A program made the translations under genes and the position numbers. The notes below the pieces were generated by a model. It saw nothing but the letters and a program-made list of their open reading frames with translations. It was not told the DNA's origin and ran no database searches. A stretch of 62,480 nt of DNA, filler included, from Candidatus Coatesbacteria bacterium (GTDB taxonomy: Bacteria > JAFGND01), in the NCBI GenBank assembly GCA_016927185.1. It is 4 parts of 4 records of this genome, joined end to end, with 100 filler letters (N's around TTAATTAATTAA, not from the genome) between each part and the next. Parts side by side here need not be neighbours in the genome. Positions count along the whole stretch, not along the records: positions 56,786 to 62,480 come from JAFGND010000056.1; 3 more parts are not named here. One strand, 5' to 3'. Below are positions 60,181 through 62,480 of this stretch, piece after piece (the stretch's first letter is position 1; the number at the start of each line of letters is the position of its first letter).

Positions 60181-61830
60181 ATGGATAAAGACTGTTTAAG
60201 AAGCATAGAAGAAAACCTGAAATTTATGCTAATAGAAGTTATAAAACAGATTGAAGATACCTTGAAAGCAATTGACAATCAAAAGGATACAAAATATCAT
60301 GAGAAGGTTTTTTCAAGGGATGACTATATTGATAATTTGAAGAATGTTATAGAGAACAAATCTAGTACAATTATACTTGATTTGAGTATGAAAGACAAAA
60401 AAATAGCGCAGGAAGCAAGAATAGTTGCAAATATCTCTAATAATCTGGAGCATATTGCTGACTATGCAGTAAATATTACACGTCAACTTGAGCATTTCAA
60501 TGATCATGATTTTACAATAAACTTTAACTACAAAGCTATGTTCAAAGAGATTATTGACACTCTAAATTCGATAAACAAAGGGCTTCAGGGAAAGAATATC
60601 AATACTGCACTTAAAATATGCAGAAGTGAGATTCTGCTTGATAAATTATATAAAGATAATTTTGATGATATAATGCAAAGATTGAAAAATGGAGGAAACA
60701 CTGAAAACTTGATTACAATGTTGTTTATTTTCCAATACCTAGAGAGAATAGGTGATTCACTTTTAAATATTGGGGAATCTCTTATCAATAAAATCATTGG
60801 TGAAAAAATCAAAATTCACCAATTCCATACACTAAATGAAACAATAGAAGGTAAAAATCAAAGAAAAGCATCTTCAGATTATTACCTTGAACCTGTTGCA
60901 GAAACAAAATCTGGAAGTATAATAAGAAAAGTTCATAAAATAGATGATGAAGAAGACTCAAGTTGGGTTATTTTCAAAGAAGGTAAGAATAACAAGATAG
61001 AAAAAGAAAAAGAAAATATTGAGAAATGGCATAGAATTGATGATAAACTTACTCCAAGGATATTAGGTTTTAATAAGGATAGATGGAATGCATCTATCCT
61101 TATAGAATATCTAAGGGGCAAAACTTACAGAGATATGTTGATAAACAGTAGTCCTGAAGATTTGTCAAAAACCTTTTTTCAATTAGCAAAAACCATGTCA
61201 AATCTATGGCATAAAACCATGAAAAAAGAAGAATGTAATGCTGGATATCTGGATCAGCTTAATAATAGAATAGAGGATGTATATAAAGTGCATCCATGGT
61301 TCAGATCAAAAGGGAATTTGATAGGAGATATAGAGGTATTACCTTTTGAAGAAATGATAAAGAAAATTTCATTACTTGGAAAGGAAATAAATGCTCCATT
61401 CACTGTATTCATTCACGGTGATTTCAATATAGATAATATAATTTTTAATCATTCAAGAAGAAATATAAACTTTATAGATCTGCATCGTTCAAAAGACATG
61501 GATTATCTTCAAGATATTTCAGTATTCATAATTTCCAATTACAGACTTCCAATATTTGAGAAAGATGTGAGAACAAAGATAAAATGGACAATAAGAGAAA
61601 CATACAATTTCGTCAAGAATTTTGCTTATGACAATAATGATACTACATTTGAAATAAGGCTAGGATTGGGGCTTATTCGTTCATTTATAACTTCAACAAG
61701 ATTTGAACTTAATAAGGATTTTGCAAAAGACATGTACCTGAAATCTATTTACCTGATTGAGAAGATCTTGATGTACAAAGAACGGGAAATAAACCAGTTC
61801 AAGGTACCTATTTATATTTTTGAAGATTAG
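60181..61830 (+). CDS. PhoU-domain plus APH/choline-kinase-like phosphotransferase fusion
   Basis: Two PhoU repeats (DDYID..LEHIADYAVNI; E..LD..LERIGD...NI); FKEG, HGDFNIDN, IDLHRS. Confidence 0.85.
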   Translation: MDKDCLRSIEENLKFMLIEVIKQIEDTLKAIDNQKDTKYHEKVFSRDDYIDNLKNVIENKSSTIILDLSMKDKKIAQEARIVANISNNLEHIADYAVNITRQLEHFNDHDFTINFNYKAMFKEIIDTLNSINKGLQGKNINTALKICRSEILLDKLYKDNFDDIMQRLKNGGNTENLITMLFIFQYLERIGDSLLNIGESLINKIIGEKIKIHQFHTLNETIEGKNQRKASSDYYLEPVAETKSGSIIRKVHKIDDEEDSSWVIFKEGKNNKIEKEKENIEKWHRIDDKLTPRILGFNKDRWNASILIEYLRGKTYRDMLINSSPEDLSKTFFQLAKTMSNLWHKTMKKEECNAGYLDQLNNRIEDVYKVHPWFRSKGNLIGDIEVLPFEEMIKKISLLGKEINAPFTVFIHGDFNIDNIIFNHSRRNINFIDLHRSKDMDYLQDISVFIISNYRLPIFEKDVRTKIKWTIRETYNFVKNFAYDNNDTTFEIRLGLGLIRSFITSTRFELNKDFAKDMYLKSIYLIEKILMYKEREINQFKVPIYIFED

Positions 61831-61840
61831 GGGAGATGAA

Positions 61841-62480
61841 ATGAAGAAAATAGGTGTAATAGGAGTTGAAGGAGGATGGTCAACAGAAAAGTTGATAAAT
61901 ACAATACAAGCAAAAACAGGTAGCAGTTATCTGCTTGATATGGATAAGGTATACCTTGATTCAGAAAAAAAAGAGATTTACTGTGAAGAGCAAGATTTAA
62001 GAGAATTTGATGCAATAATCATAAAGAAAATAGGATTGGAATACAGTCCTGATAATCTTGACAGACTAGAACTGTTGAGATATTTAAATGAAAAATCTGG
62101 TGTTAAAGTTTTCTCTAAACCTTCTAATATCATGAAATTGGTGAACAGGCTAAGTTGCACAATTACAATGCAAATCGGTGGTATTCCGATGCCATCTACA
62201 GTAATAACTGAAGATGAAGACATAGCACTGCAATTCGTCAGGAAGTATAAGAAAGCGGTATTTAAACCCCTTTATGGAACCAAGGCAAAACACATGAAGG
62301 TTATTGTAGATAATCATGATACACTCCAGGAAATCATAGATTTCAAGAAAGCCAATAGAAAAGTGATGTATATACAGAAAATAATAAATATAAAGGAGAA
62401 GGATTTTGGTCTTGTGTTTTTAGGAGGCAAGTATCTGGCAACTTATGCAAGGTTGAAATCTGAAGGTGCCTGGAATACAA
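61841..62480 (+). CDS. ATP-grasp enzyme of GAK-system type, running off the window end
   Basis: Absent from the ORF track because it has no stop. Hand translation MKKIGVIGVEGGWSTEKL...IIKKIG..YSP..LDRLELL...NRLSCT...GIPMPST...AVFKPLYG.KA; SD GGGGAG. Confidence 0.82.
   Translation, partial: MKKIGVIGVEGGWSTEKLINTIQAKTGSSYLLDMDKVYLDSEKKEIYCEEQDLREFDAIIIKKIGLEYSPDNLDRLELLRYLNEKSGVKVFSKPSNIMKLVNRLSCTITMQIGGIPMPSTVITEDEDIALQFVRKYKKAVFKPLYGTKAKHMKVIVDNHDTLQEIIDFKKANRKVMYIQKIINIKEKDFGLVFLGGKYLATYARLKSEGAWNT

Overview
AT-rich bacterial DNA from a diderm organism (TamB, LPS heptosyltransferase and O-antigen ligase family genes), probably an uncultured lineage; the taxonomy is only an inference. The window is four assembly contigs joined by artificial 100-nt spacers (N44-TTAATTAATTAA-N44 at 30935-31034, 48788-48887 and 56686-56785), so adjacency across the joins means nothing. 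Contig 1: amidase, radical SAM/SPASM, thiD, tRNA-Leu-tig-clpP-clpX-lon-sugar transferase, a minus-strand tRNA-Phe/tRNA-Leu-degP-sigma-SelA-like-GNAT run, a Ser/Thr kinase, a molybdenum-hydroxylase cluster, recJ-like/CCA-like/HEAT genes and a truncated adenine methyltransferase. Contig 2: an XRE/S24 regulator, a TamB run, an uncharacterised three-gene membrane module with extra genes, hutH, a second kinase, ankyrin proteins and a beta-propeller protein. Contig 3: DUF362, M1 peptidase, O-antigen ligase, kptA, rlmH and a truncated epimerase. Contig 4: a paralogous beta-propeller protein and the start of a GAK-type operon (PHP-like, amphi-Trp, PhoU-kinase, ATP-grasp) behind an 11-bp-phased Pho-box-like array. 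Most notable: the GAK-type operon and its possible phosphate regulation; the uncharacterised membrane module; several housekeeping homologues that seem to have lost catalytic residues (SelA-like, CCA-like, ClpP, S24); and four exported proteins sharing a C-terminal sorting-like module. All family calls come from reading motifs by eye, not from database searches.
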